Shown: piece by piece, positions 43,073 through 57,454 of the stretch
Numbering within the stretch: the first letter of the stretch is position 1
Layout of the letters: each line of letters starts with the position of its first letter
NCBI RefSeq assembly: GCF_009914755.1
Contig: NC_060925.1
Strand: one strand, 5' to 3'
From: the human T2T-CHM13v2.0 reference genome, Homo sapiens
DNA: 64,000 bases
Translations under genes and position numbers: made by a program
Notes under the pieces: model-generated
What the model was told of the DNA's origin: nothing
What the model saw: the letters and a program-made list of their open reading frames with translations, nothing else
The model's database searches: none

Positions 43073-43688
43073 ACATCAGCTTTCAAAATTGTTAAGTCAA
43101 TACGCCAGGAGCATGATTGCTGGATAATATGGTAGATAACGTTTAGCTTTTCAGGAAACTGTAAAGCTGTTTCCAAAGTGGCTGTACAATTTTGCAACCC
43201 ACCAGCAATGAATAAGTGTTGCTATAGCTCCACATTCTCAGTAATATTTAGTATTGACAGTTTTTTTTCATGTTTACTATTCTAACAGGTGTGTAGGGTT
43301 TCACCTTGTTATTTTGATTTTCAATGCTCTAATTACAAGCAAACTAAAGCATCTTTTCTTATGCCTATTTTCCATCTTTATATTTTTTAGTAAAAGGTCA
43401 ATTCGTGTATTTGTGAATTTAAAAAATTTATTGTTTTTCTTTTTATTGTTGAATTTTAAGTTATTTTTATATGTTGAATCCACATTTTTCATCAGATATG
43501 TGTTTTGCAAATATATTCTCCCAATCTGTGGTATATCTATTTATTCTCTTAACAGTATTTCATGGAGAAGTTTTCAATCTTAATAAAGTACAACTTATCA
43601 ATTTTTTATGTCATGCTTTGAATGTAATCTTAAGATCCATTGCCAAACTCAAGATCTCATAGCTTTTCTCCTATCTTTTCTTCTATAA

Positions 43689-43984
43689 TTTTTTTTTATT
43701 ATTATTATACTTTAAGTTTTAGGGTACATGTGCACATTGTGCAGGTTAGTTACATACGTATACATGTGCCATGCAGGTGTGCTGCACCCACTAACTCGTC
43801 ATCTAGCATTAGGTATATCTCCCAATGCTATCCCTCCCCCACTCCCCCCACCCCACAACAGTCCCCATAGTGTGATGTTCCCCTTCCTGTGTCCATGTGA
43901 TCTCATTGTTCAATTCCCACCTATGAGTGAGAATATGCGGTGTTTGGTTTTTTGTTCTTGCGATAGTTTACTGAGAATGATGGT
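43689..43984 (-). mobile_element. L1PA2-like 3' fragment (~300 bp), no TSD
   Basis: Poly-T, then CACATTGTGCAGGTTAGTTAC and CACTAACTCGTCATCTAGC (GAG, not the L1HS-Ta ACA, at the diagnostic site). Confidence 0.92.
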
Positions 43985-45759
43985 CCTTCCAATATTTAAA
44001 ACGTCATTCCACTACGTTTTTGCTTGTATGGTTTATCATGAGAAGTGTGCTGTAATTCTTATATAGCTAAGGTGTTTCCTACTCAACTCCTTCCACAGTC
44101 TCTTTCAGGATATTTTCTTTGTGTTAGTTTGTCTGCAGTTTGAATATAATATGCCCAGGTGTTTTGGTCTTGTCTTATTTTGTTTTCATATTTGTTTCCT
44201 TATTTTTTATATCTGTTATGTGTTTTTAATTGGGAAAAATTCACAGCTATTATTAACTGAATAGTTCTGCAGCTCTGTTCTGTCTTCTATTTTTTTTAGA
44301 TATCACTAATATTAATGTGTGATACCTTTGGAAATTGTCCCAAAGTTTGTGCATATTTTATTTAAAGATGTTTCCTCCACATTTCAGTTTTGGAATATTC
44401 TATTGATCTATCTTTAAACTCAATGTTGCTTTTTCTTCTGCTGTGTCCAGTCTTCTGATGGCACTGTCAATGCTAGGCTTCATATATGTTATAGTATTTT
44501 TGAGATATTCTTTAGTTCTGTTACAATTGTTTTATTTCTAGCTTTTCCTTTAGAATCTTCCTTTGAGTTTCTATTACTCTGCTAATGTAATCTATTTTCC
44601 TTACATGTTATCTATTTTTTCATTAGAGCCATGAAAATATTAATAATAATTATTTTAAATTCTCTGTCTAATAATTTCAATATCTGTGTCATATCTGAGT
44701 CTGGTATTGATTGCTTAGTTACTTCAGATTGTATTTTTCTTGGCTTTTAGCATCGCTTATGATTTTTGTTGAAGATCAGAAATATTGTATTGAGTAATAA
44801 CATCTGTGGTAAGTACACCTTTAGTGTGAGGGTTTATGTAAATCTGAATAGGAGTTGTGCTGTGTTTAATATTTTCTATAACTGTAGTTACCAGAGGTTT
44901 AACTTTTTTCTAATGTCCTTGTTTTTGTCTTCACTTTTGACTTTCTACTTCCCTATGTACTCTCCTCAGAAAAAATTTGCCTCTTTTCCCGCTTTCAGAT
45001 GCAATCTACTGTAATTACACTAAAGTACCTGTTGGTTTGATGTTAATATGTGAAGATGAGGAAGCAGTCTAAATCTTATGATTAAATCTCAGTCTTTTAG
45101 TAATCCTATGTCTCTGAACTGTGACATTCACAACTGTCTCCCCAGTGCTGTAAATTTTTTTCCCTCCTATGTAAGAAAGAAATGTTAAGAGGTGCTAGAG
45201 TGTGAAGAAATGTCTTCCTGCAACTAAAGACATATTCTGATAAAGTATTTCCCTCTGGAGAGTAGGTCATTTTAATAGATAATGTTCTGAACATATTTCA
45301 CAATGCTTAATTTCCAGTCTCCCTGACAGTCTGTCAGTGGATATTTCTTAGCTTTACAATATGAGAACTGGTGGGATTCCAAGAGGTAACCACAAAAACA
45401 TGTGTTAGCACCCATATACTAGAGCCCTTGGAGTTTCTTACTCTTTTTCCAGTCTACATTTAAGCTCTAGCAATTTATTATAATGAACATTTTAGTATTC
45501 CTACCAATCTGTGGCTCCAGTAACTTCTGCTCCAGGGTATCAAATCATGGCTGAGACCCTCTGGACTTCTTATCTCCATATTTTCAGGGTGGTGGTTTGC
45601 ACTGCAAATTCAGTTTACTGATAGTCCCAAAAAAATCACTGATGTTTAGTTTACTCATTGGTTTATTTTTTCTAAGAACAGGAGAGATTTTCAAGGTTTC
45701 ATATGTCACATTTGAAAAAGGTGGGTTTTTTGATATATTATTTTATTTTTTATGTGTTT

Positions 45760-46572
45760 TATTCTGGAATTCTACATGTATTTCAGTCTCTGGTCTATAA
45801 TTCTCTACTCTGATTTGTCTAATTTGCCATTAAAGTATACCTTTTATCTTAATTTTATCTTTTGTTTCCCAGTTGTAATATTTCTATTTGATTCCTTGTT
45901 ATGTTTTTATTTTTTTGCTAAAATATTTCATCTTGTCACTTAAAATTTTTTAACATAACACATTTATTAAAATAATATATATACATATTAGCCCTAACAT
46001 CTGAATAAAGTTTGCTGCCATTACTATTGCTATTTTATTTGTTTCTTGTAAATTCTTGTCATTTTTACATAATTTAATTGAATGCTAAAAATTGAATTAA
46101 AAAAATTAGCAAGATTTGAAATTCTTAATCCTGTTACCTTTCTTCAGAAATAATATATTCTTGCTTTCCAGGGGTTGATTAATTAGGCACAGATAACCTT
46201 TAATCAAATGACTGGAAGATATACTTCAGTCTTGGTGATCTCTAGATTTTGACAATTTCTTTTATCACTAAGGCCTATTCCTTTCTGTTCCCTAACAGTC
46301 ATGCTTGACTTCTTTGTCGGACATTAAACTTCAATGCTTCGGCCACTGTTTATGTGACTGTAAAAAGCTCTGCCAAATGTTTTGCTTCTCAGCACCTATT
46401 TTAAAATTGAAAAATGCTTCAAAAGGCAAAACTTATCCAGGCTTCTACTTTTTGCGTGATCTTTTTCCCTCACATCCTTTTTTTTGCCTTCCAAATATAG
46501 GTTTTTTTACTTGTCTTCACTGAGACAGTTGTTTTCAGTTAAGCCGTTCTTCTATTGCTGGGAGCAGAAATC
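45760..46572 (-). mobile_element. Ancient L1M (L1ME/L1M5-like) 5'/ORF1 remnant
   Basis: T-rich antisense ORF1-like sequence ending TTGCTGGGAGCAGAAATCC; weak similarity only. Confidence 0.45.
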
Positions 46573-49500
46573 CTGTAGTAATTATTTATACAAACTGCAT
46601 GTTAATTGCTTTACTCATTAAAAATATACACAAAATAATATTAAAAATTAATGAGTGAAAATTTGTAAAAATGTACTCAAATAATGAATATTAAAGAGGG
46701 AATTTTTAAAGCATAAATATCAATAAAGAATAAACTTTGTTTAAAATATGTATTAAAATGTTTGAAAACTTTGTTAACAAGACCTGTCTTATTGATGTGA
46801 ATCTATATAAAAACTAGAATACCATTATGTTTAGAGCAGCACAAAGTGTTTCCTGAAGGCTTTGGATACGGCTTTTGAAAGTGCCTCACTTTTTTTTTTT
46901 TCTTGTATGCTCTTATTTCTCTAGGACATTATCATTTGTTTCAGAGGTACTATATTCCTTCTTATGAATTTCTCCTGAAAGTAATAATTCCAAGAAATAT
47001 TGGGAATATCTGTCTAAAGTGTTCAACAATGAGGGAAATTAGATCTTAATGTAAATGTTTGCATGGTATGTTTTTTATATTCAATGAAAATAATATAATT
47101 TAAGCCACTAAGCCTGCAGCAATATATCCTGAAGGATATAATCTAATCTCTAATTTTCAATCAATGTAAATGATGATAATTATAATGTGAATGATACAAC
47201 GAACACTCATAAAAATGAGAATGGTCTCAATAACATTTAAATGCTTTTTTTCTCCCCACTATCTAATGATGATGTGCATTTGTTTTTTGACAGCCTGGTA
47301 GATGCTTTCTTGGATAATGTTTATATATTAAGCTGTAAAATAAGTGTATATGCCTTGTTAGAACTGTCCTGTAGTATTATGTGAATAGTTTTGTTATGTA
47401 TAGAAAATGTTGGCCATAGCATTTATTTCTGTCATTTCCTCTATTTATTTATTTTTTTTGTTAAACCTACCCCTGCTCCAACAGCTCTTTGCCCACCATT
47501 TTCCATGAGAGTAATTTGTATTTTGTTTTTTAGCATAGCATAAATTAGAATTATTCTTGTCTCTTCTCTTTGGACCATCCAACTGACAAAAGTCTTTATT
47601 TTTAAAGAACTGATATCAAAATAACACCTCAGAAGAATTTTCATGATGTCATATGTACCTTTCTTCAAATCTTTAGTAATTTCTACTTGTTATAAAAATT
47701 AACAATTTTTTATTCATATCTATGTACATAACTTTTATCATCTTGTACCCATGTAACACATTAAACCAAAAATATACCTTGTTTTTTCTGCCCCTTTTAT
47801 TGTCAGTTTTGCTCCTATCTTAACTACAGTTCACTGTGAAAATAGAAATATGAATCATCAGAATACTTTAAAATATGTAGCCAATATAATTCTAAAGTAT
47901 ATTTTACCTAATTTATAACAAAATCACGGATATAATAAATCAAAAAAGCACTATATAAAATAAAATCCTTGAGCTAAATAAATTGAAAAGGGAGGTGAAT
48001 AAAAATGTAAATTTTTTTGAACATCTATGATGATAAAGAAAGTCTGAGAACTTAACACTGAGTTTCTTTGAAAAGAAGAAGAAAATAAAAATGCCATGAA
48101 GTTTTTATTATCTAATAAACAAAGCATACTTTTTTTTAAACCATGGGCTTGTTTTACTTATAGCTCTAAATTCTGAAAAGAATATGATGAGCTGCTTTTC
48201 GTATTCGAGACTTTAAAGCACATATAAAAATGATTTATTTCCATTGTCTTGAAGTTTTATGTACACTGATTGCAATTCTTAAGAAAATCTTCAATAAAAC
48301 TTAAGTACAAAATTTTATCGTAATCCTTTATGGGTAATAATGGGAATTAGAAGCTGATATATACTATCTAGGAGTGTAGCTTTACAGTATTAATAATGAG
48401 AGATGATAGTCAACTCATGTGAAAGTACTGATTTATAACTATTTCTGTTAGTTTGATAGTGAAATTCATGTTGGATAATTCAAAACAGAAATACCAAAAG
48501 AGTCTTGATGGACAGATATTGTTTCTTTACATGAAAGAAGATACATGGTAAATATATGGGAAGATACCATTTTATAAATGTGCAACTTATGAATATTGCA
48601 TCAGCTGTCATTTTATTAATAAAAAGTAGAACCCTTACACAAAAGGTGAATTGCAGGAATACATGCAGACAAAAACAACTTTTTTTTCTTAAAAAGGTAC
48701 TCTGGGGTTATAATATGCTTTACTATAGCCAAAATGTTCCAAATCTTTCATTAAATTTTGTACATTATATCATGGGTTCTTTCAGGCATTTGGTATATCA
48801 GGCAGTCCTACCTTTCATGAATTTCCCCCCTGAAGTACAACTGGCAGAAAACCAAACTGAATTTAAAAAAAAGGGAACTTCTATATTTCTGTGAATAATA
48901 ATTCTGTAAATTCTTAATGAGGGACTGTAGTGCTCTAATTTTTCAGCAATTTCTGTTCTGCTTCGTTCAATAGAAGGCTTTTGGATTTGAGTTTAGAGCT
49001 CAGGAGAAATTCCCCAAGTAGCCACAGAGTAAGAAACAGGAACAGTTTCAGCAGCCAGAGGAGAAATGCCTGAGTGTAGAAATCTGATAAATGCTGATAA
49101 GAAGTTTCACTCAATTTACCCTTAGAGGCTCTGGCTACAATTTTGAAGACTGAGATCTATCTAAGAGTAGAATTCGGGGGCTGTTCTAAGTTGATTAACA
49201 GTGCTGGAGATAGTAAAATTTAGTTACATGAGAGGAGCTGAGGTTAATTTGAAGTAGGAGAGAAACCTGAACGTGCTAATCAAAGGAGGGTTAAAATTTA
49301 CAGTTAGGCATTGGCAGAGGCTTCTCATTAAAACAAATAAACAAAAAGGGCAAGGTGAAGTCATGAGCAGAAAATTAAACTGGACAGATTATAGAAGCCC
49401 TTTTCAAGCTGAGGTCAGAAACTTGAGATTGGGAGACAAAGTTGAGGAAATAGCATTACATTTGAGTCCACTCTTCAAATTACTGCAACCATTTATCTTG

Positions 49501-50103
49501 CACCAGCGAGAGGTTCCCCAAACATCTCTAACTTCAATGTTGGACTACCAAGGTTCTGGGTTTCCTTTGCTGTTTCTCAGTCTTTTTGTTTTGTTGTTTT
49601 TCTCTGGCAATACTGTTTTCTGGGCTGAGAAGTAATACTTATCTAGGTTTGGTTAGAAAGTATTAGTTTTTCAAAGCTTTAACTTTAGATTCTTGCTTAA
49701 CCGTCTATAATTGGGGCAAATGATGGTGGGTGGATTTTTCTGGCATTTGTTGTCAGTTCCAAGCCAAACCCACTTGATCTCTGATACATTTGATCTGTTT
49801 TCCTCATTTATCAATAACAATCAAATCTGTTTTCTATTTGAGGTTGATTTTAACCAGATTATTAAATTAATAAAGATAATCACTGTTATGATGTTTATGT
49901 CAACACAGCAGCATCCAGGTGATCCGCAGGGGAAGCATCTTTAGGAGAATGTTATCTTAGTTTCTGCCCTCCTCCGTTAACCATTTTTACTATTAAGTAG
50001 TGAAAGAAACCTGTACTAAGCCTTTTCTCTTTTCTCTATATTCTGTCCATAGAACTTAGTAAAATTATGAAAATTTTTGCCTAGGAATTCAAAGTAAGAT
50101 GAC

Positions 50104-50804
50104 TCTATTAATCTGTTCTCACAATGCTAATAAAGACAAGTGCAAGACTGGGTAATTTATAAAGATAAGGGGTTTAATGGACTCAAGTTCCACATGGCTA
50201 GGAGGCATCACAATCATGGTGGAAGGCCAAGGAGGAGTAAAGGCAAGTCTTACATGGCAGCAGGCAAGAAAGCATGTGCAGGGGAACTGCCCTTTATAAA
50301 ACCATCAGATCTCATGAGATTTATTCACTCTTATGAAAATAACATGGGATAAAACCACCCCTATGATTCAATTACCTCCCACTGGATCCCTCCCATGACA
50401 TGTGAGGATTATGAGAACAACAATTCAAGATAAGATGTGGGTGGGGACACAGCCAAACCATATCATTCTGCCCCTGGTCCGTCCCAAATCTCATGTCCTC
50501 ACATTTCAAAACCAATCATGCCTTCCCAACAGCCCTCCAACGTCTTAACTCATTTCATCATTAACTCAAAAGTCCAAGTCCAATGTCTCATCTGAGACAA
50601 GGCAAGTCCCTTCCACCTACGAGACTATAAAGTCAATAGCAAGTTGGTTACTTCCTAGATACGATGGGGGTACAGGTATTGGGTAAATACACCCATTCCA
50701 AATGGGAGAAATTGGCCAAAATAAAGGGGCTACAGGCCCCATGCAAGTCCAAAATCCAGCAGGGCAGTCATTAAACCTTAAAGTTCCAAAATAATCTCCT
50801 TTGA
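50104..50804 (-). mobile_element. THE1C-like 3' LTR (50104-50465) plus 340 bp of THE1 internal region, truncated
   Basis: LTR boundary GGGGACACAGCCAAACCATATCA is directly followed by THE1-int TTCTGCCCCTGG..CCAAATCTCATGTCCTCACATTTCAAAACC. No second LTR. Confidence 0.92.
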
Positions 50805-52054
50805 TTAAAATTAAGAACTTCAAAAACTAAATAAATTAAACAAAATAAAATATTATAGACAATTACCATTTTACAGAATACAGATTTTAATATTCTTTGT
50901 CATTTACATCAATGGTTATGCTTATTCTTGTTCATCAGTACAGAAAGATATGTTCACAATAGGGGCAAAATTATCATAATGCTAATGTTTCTGCATTTAT
51001 AAATATATCAACAATATCTTCCAACCCTCATTTGTTGTATTGTGTTGATAATTATAAAGATATTGGTACTATTCTAGCATACTGTCAGTAGAATAGAGGC
51101 CTAGTGCAATTTTCTCATAGATATTTATAGAAACATTACATGTTCTGTTTTACCAGCCATAACTGTATAATTGATAAATTCCTGCATTTTTAAGTTATTG
51201 GAATATTTTTAATGTGAAGTGACCTTTGGCATTAATTTCCAATTGCTCTGGAGCTTGCTATGAAAATCACTAAAAGAATTAATGACTTCTCATAACTTTT
51301 ACCAAACAGGGTGTTGCTGGCTGTTTAGATCTTTTCAAGATGATTAAAACAAATTATGGTCCGACAGAAAGATAATGAAGAAAACGCAAATGAAATAATA
51401 GATGGCTTTAAAAAGTCAACAGTTTCCTATTTGGTGAGTATATTAGATCACAGGGAACAAGCATCTGCTCTAATATTCTAGATATTTATTTAAATTTCAT
51501 CAATTTACTTGGAATATTTTACATGATAAATTTTGAGTAATGATGAATATAGCCTGTAACCATACATTACTATTTTATTTAGAAACTTTAATATATTTCT
51601 TCACATTGCATCTTCTATTTCAGACATCATTAACATCCCAACATAAGAAATGAGGCTATGGCACCTGAGTCACTTATTTATTTGAGCAACAAAAACATAT
51701 ATTTTAAAAAGCACATTTTAAAACTCTTCAGATTTGCAGTGCCATGTGAAACTAAAAGTATAGCTATAGCATTCTGAGGTTTTTGAGATTAATCTTGTAA
51801 TTATTTACTGTTTTACAGTAGCATATCCAACAGTTCTGTAATTCCTTATTCTAATAATCTTTTGTTACTCTTTTAAAAAATAACCCACAAAATTTTACAT
51901 TACTTTTTCAATTTATGCTGACTTTATTTCCTGAAACTTTCTATTGTATTTTGCTGTAACTAAAAGGCTTGCTTTCTTTTGTTTGTTTCCTATGGATATC
52001 TTCTTCTATTTTCTCTCTTTCTTTTTCTTTCTTTTCCCTGTCTCTCTCTCTCCC

Positions 52055-52212
52055 CCAGCTAATTTTTGTATTTGTTTTGTTTTGTTTTGTTTTGTAGAGA
52101 TGGGGCTTCACCATGTTGGCCAGGCTGGTCTTGAACTGCTGCCCTCAGGTGATCCACCTGCCTCAGCCTCCCAAAGTGCTTGGATTACAGGCGTGAGCCA
52201 CAGTGCCTAGCC
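52055..52212 (-). mobile_element. Alu left arm and linker (right arm absent), with (TTTTG)n in the linker
   Basis: GTAGAGATGGGG..CCTCAGGTGATCCACCTGCCTCAGCCTCCCAAAGTGCT..GTGAGCCAC. Confidence 0.9.
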
Positions 52213-52907
52213 TAAATTTGGCTTTCTTTAAAAACGTCTCAAGGATCTAATCATGAAATATCTTTAAAATACTTGTTTCCTGTTTATAAATGTTCATATT
52301 AAACTGTAAAAAATCAATGTATATGATAGTAGTTTTTTTTTGTTTTTTGTTTTTTGCAAATGTAGTATGTAATAAATCTTGCCATTTCCATATATGCTAT
52401 TTTAGGCAAAAACCTTGAAACATACTAATATCTAACTTTAAAATGTGGTGTTCTAATTTATTATAGCCTTCCAAAATTTTTTGAGAATAGTACTTATGAT
52501 TTCATCTGGTGACTGTCCTCACTGAGCAACATAAAAGAACATGATATCAGAAATTGTCAGTATTTTTACTTAGTTCAGTACAATTATGCTAAACTAATTA
52601 TGATATAAAAATAGCTTTTGAGTTAATTACTGCTTATTTCAAAGGAATATTAATCAACACAAGGTAACTGACACTAAATTTGTTCAAGATTTATGTACTG
52701 TGTTATAAAGTAAAAATGTATATTTAATATTTATAAATATATTAAGGTGCCTTAAATGACTTGAAGAATCAATAAGTATTGTAAACTTAAACTGCCACTT
52801 TATTATAATTTCCATTTGGTCACTTCTCAAGTATTTTTTTTTTAATTCTAAATTTTGAAGTATTTATGAGCACAATTAAGGGGGAAAAAAGATATGTTGA
52901 TATTCGG

Positions 52908-54107
52908 GCTTTGTTATTTCATTTATAAAGCACAGGCAGAGTAAATTTAGTGTAATTATTTAGGGTCCCAATATTTTCAGAAAGGAAAGTGAGTATTGGC
53001 TTCAACTTAAAGTCAGCAGCTGCTTTATCCCAGAACAAGAGCGTGAGTGAGCCTGTTCTTTGACTGTTTGAAGCCAGGCACTAACTTCTCATCTCTAGCT
53101 ATGAAAATCCTAGATGGCATCTTCATCCAATAGAAGGCTGTTTATTCTACACCCAAAGTCTGTTGCTTAATGTAACTATCTTTACCAGTTTCCTAGCTAG
53201 AGCCTCCAGATAACTTGCTAGAGTTTCTCTATCAACACCTGGTGCTTTACTTTGCAATTGTATGTTATGGAGGTGGCTTCTTTCCTTAAACCTTATGAAC
53301 TAACCTCTGCTTGCCTAAAACTTTCTTCTCCAGCTTCCTCACCTCTTTCAGCCTCCATAGAACTAAGGAGACTTAAGGCCTTGTTCTGGATTAGGCTTTA
53401 GCTTAAGAAAATGTAGCTGGTTTGATATTCTATTCAGATCACTCAGACTTTCTTCATATCAGCAATAAAGCTGTTTTGCTTTTTTATCATTTGTATGTTC
53501 ATTAGAGTAGCATTTTTAATTTCCTTCAATAACTTTTCCTTTCCATTCAAAACCTGGCTAAGGGACCTAGCTTTCAGTCTATTTTAGCTTTTTATGTGCC
53601 TTTTTCACTAAGCTTAATCATTTCTAGCTTTTGATTTAAAGAAAGAGATGTATAATTTGTTTCTTTCATCTGAACACTTAGAGGCCATTGTAGGATAAAT
53701 AATTGACCTAATTTTAATATTGTTGTGTTTCAGGGAATAAGGAGGCCTAAGGAGAGGGAGAGAGACAAGGGAACGGCTGGTTGAGGAAGCAGTCAGAGCA
53801 CACTCATTTATGATTAAGTTGGCTGCCTCATATGGATGTGCTTTGTGGTGTCCCATAACAATTACAATGTAACATCAAAGATCACGTATCGCAAATTAAC
53901 ATAACAGGTATAATAATAAAAATAAAAACTATAAATGTTAGAAATATTGTGAGAATTATCAAAATGCGATATGATACAGAGAAACCAAGTAGGATATGCT
54001 GTTGGAAAAATGGTGCCAACTGGCTTGCTGGATCAGGCTTGCCACAAATCTTCAATTTGTTAAAAGAACACAGTATCTGTAAAGTGCCATAAAACAATGT
54101 GTGCCTT
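52908..54107 (-). mobile_element. Tigger1 partial copy (5' half of transposase and one TIR)
   Basis: Colinear with 32800-34292 (GAGTATTGGCTTCAACTTAAAGTCA, CTTAATCATTTCTAGCTTTTGATTTAAAG). Ends at a degenerate TIR plus TA. Confidence 0.9.
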
Positions 54108-54524
54108 TAGCCATTTTAAGTTTACCATTTTTCAATTGACAGTTGATGATGATTTGATTGTACAGAATGTATCAAAGAGTTCATAATTTGTTGATCTAAC
54201 AATATAGAGATACAAGAATAATTGACTGTGTTTAAACAAGGCCTTTCTGTTTATTAGTGTATTGATATTGTACAAGTCTACTTAAATAATATCTAAAACT
54301 GACTTTCCTGATTAATCAACACCACATTTGCTTCATAAGGCACACTACAAAACACAACATTCTTTGAAAGATAAATGCTTGTGAATATTTGACCAATCTC
54401 TTTTCTACCAAATGCATGTATATTTGATTCAACATTTCAGTTTTATGCTTAACTAGTTGTGTTTGTTTTTAAGCTATTTATGTCAGTTATTCTGTTTATG
54501 TAATTACATGAGGTATGTTATGCG

Positions 54525-54710
54525 TATCATATATAATTATATTTATATATTTACATATTATTTATTAATACACATGATACTATTATATAACATATAATAG
54601 TATGTTATATATGTCTCCACATATATAACATTATGTCTCCACATAACAATGATACAATAACATTCTGTCTCTACATAATACAAAATGAATATATTATTAT
54701 ATATACATTT
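54525..54710. repeat. AT-rich low-complexity tract with short ATGTCTCCACAT repeats
   Basis: TATGTCTCCACATA occurs twice, plus a third variant. Confidence 0.6.
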
Positions 54711-55153
54711 TAAAAACAAAGCATGTAGGTGGAGAAATAAATATGAATATCATGTTAATGAAAGTAGGTTGTCATATTTCTGAAAATGTGAACTAAGACA
54801 AGGTTACACTTTTCTGAAGCAAGCTGAGAATATATTCTCAATCTTTTTATTTCTAGTCCAAACTTTGTCCCACCCAATTACTCTACTACTCACTTATTGT
54901 AATGAGGGTGGAGCTGGCTGATCTACTTGTTTTTCATGCATTGCATATGGGAATAAGTTTCCAAACTCTTAATGTTTTGGTTATTCTCAAAGCTTTTCTC
55001 ATCGTAGTTCTGTCGTTATTTTGCTAAAAGACATCTTGTATACTCAATCTGTATATTTTATGGTATTTGTCTAGTAGGAGGTGAATCAGTCTGTTTTATA
55101 TAAAACACAGATCTATATATTTGTATATATGTGTAGATGTGTGTGTATATATA

Positions 55154-55500
55154 TATCTTAATTCATTTTATATTGCTAAAACAAAATATATCAGGCTGGT
55201 AATTTATAATGAAGTTTATTGGCTTACTGTTCTGAAAGCTGGGAAATTCCAAGATTAAGGCACTGAGATCTGGAGAGGGCCTTTCTGCTGCATTACCCCA
55301 TGACATAAGAGCCAAGAGAGAATAAGAGAAAGCAAGAGATCCAATTGCAAGCTCTTTAGGAACTGACTTTAATCCATTCATGAAAGCAGAACCCTCATGA
55401 TCTAATCATCTCTTTTTAGGCTTCAGGTCCCAACACTGCTGCATTTGGAATTAAGTTTCCAAAGCACGTTTTTCGGAGGACACAGTTAAACAAAACAATA
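55154..55500 (-). mobile_element. MSTC-like MaLR solo LTR
   Basis: GGCTGGTAATTTATAATGAA..GAGGGCCTTTCTGCTGCAT..AATCCATTCATGA..CCCTCATGATCTAATCA. Confidence 0.75.
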
Positions 55501-55961
55501 TGTGTGTAGATATAATCCATCTATGTATTAATACTGTTTTATATCAAAAGTTTGTCAATTGTTGATATAGGCAGTAATAGATGCAATCAATATTGAAAAG
55601 GAAAATAGGTGTGATTTGCTAAAATTTAAAAAAATATTGCCTCATTTCAAGGTGAAGATGTACTTTACCTTTGGTCAAGTCTAGAGTTTAAATCTCACAT
55701 ATTATTGTAAATCAATGTGGTGATTTAGTTGAACATTTTAAATGTAATTTTATATACATTTTATGTACTTTCTATAAAACAGATTTTTGCTGGATGTTTG
55801 GGTTACAGGTAAATCGTACATGGCTTAAGATGCTTTAAGATTTAAGATTTAATTTTAATTTAATACTTTAAGATTTAAAAAGATAAATGGTCTATACAGT
55901 TGTTAAGTTTATAATCAGCAAGTTAAGTTTACTGCATTTTCTGTTAAAAAAAACAAACACT

Positions 55962-56324
<363 letters not shown>

Positions 56325-57454
56325 TTAAAATTTTAACAGCTCAGAAAAAAGCTAAGGTGGATTTCATATAACAAGTTATATCGCCTAACTTTTATATTTA
56401 TAGCAGCACATGTATGAGCATGAACCTTAAGTAAATAATCATACAATACCAACATTGTCACTTGGTTAACATATGCAATTTAATATTTTATTTTGTAACA
56501 GTAAACAATGTAGAGGTTAAATAAATTTGACTAGGTGTTCAGTGATGTGTTTAATAAACCAAAAAAGCTAATACCAGATCAAATAGTCCAATGTGTTATT
56601 ATTTTGTTGTAATTGTTAAAATGCATACTTCTGGCCAAACTGGTTAACACTGAGCTAACAATACATCGCAGCAAATTTTGAATTAATAAGATAGTGTATT
56701 TCTTTGTATAACCTTTTAAGCCTATTTGGCTATTCATCTCTTTACAATTCTTTGTATTGTGACATCTTCATTGATGATATTATATTATAGTGCTTGATTT
56801 ATTATTAGCTTCAGCTTTTCAAAAAAAGGAGACCCTGTTGAAAGATGATGCATTGTGTTAAACTAAATAAAGCTTTTACTGAAAAAGCATTAGAAATTTA
56901 TAGAGCATTCAAACTAAATTATTTTGAGGATAGTCTTGCTTTTGCATTAAAGTCTTTAAAACAAAAACGCTTTCTTTTTTTTCTTATAAAGATATGTTTC
57001 AACTATGTCAGTTAAATAATTTTCCATTACACTATTTTATAATACACGTTTTAATTTTGTGTAACTAAACCACTATTTCAAAGAAAGCTTCCATAGTCCA
57101 TGCTCATACCTGAAATCAGAACTGACCTAGAAAGCTTTGCAATAAATGATCCATTGTTAATTCATTTTGCTGTCTTCTCAGAAGAGATTTTAAGAAGGCC
57201 AGTTTGTCTAGAAATAGACCAGCTCATAAGGTGTCTGAAATAGCAATGAAATGAGCTTAAAAACTAGATGATGCTCCATTTTATTTATATTTTCTTAATT
57301 ATAATGATAATCATGTTACATATGCATTTGAAATTAAATAAAATAATAAAATGTAGCAATATTATTTTTCATGTAAGTTAATAACTGTAGATTTAATTAC
57401 AAACAAATCGATATATCATTATTCATTATACTTTTCTTTAATAATGTACTGCAT

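Larger units (their letters stand above)
39990..45725 (-). mobile_element. Old L1MC/L1MD-like element (3' UTR to 5' end), split by Alu, MST, LTR12 and L1PA2
   Basis: Antisense 3' UTR (CCTTACTTTCTGACAC, CCCCTGGCAACCGCTGATC), ORF2 end (TTTCCAAAGTGGCTGTAC), then ORF1/5' UTR-like sequence at 43985-45725. Confidence 0.75.

Noticed and set aside
42770-43135. GC-rich segment with overlapping ORFs as a CpG island or gene start
   Set aside because: It is the CpG-depleted U3 of LTR12, and the ORFs reflect low stop-codon frequency in GC-rich DNA.
48556-49944. 112-, 120- and 77-aa ORFs in non-repeat DNA
   Set aside because: No recognisable domains, composition typical of random AT-rich frames, and no coherent splice structure.
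52908-54107. Segmental duplication of 32800-34290
   Set aside because: The two regions are independently diverged Tigger1 copies. The similarity does not extend into the flanks, and this copy lacks the nested Alu.
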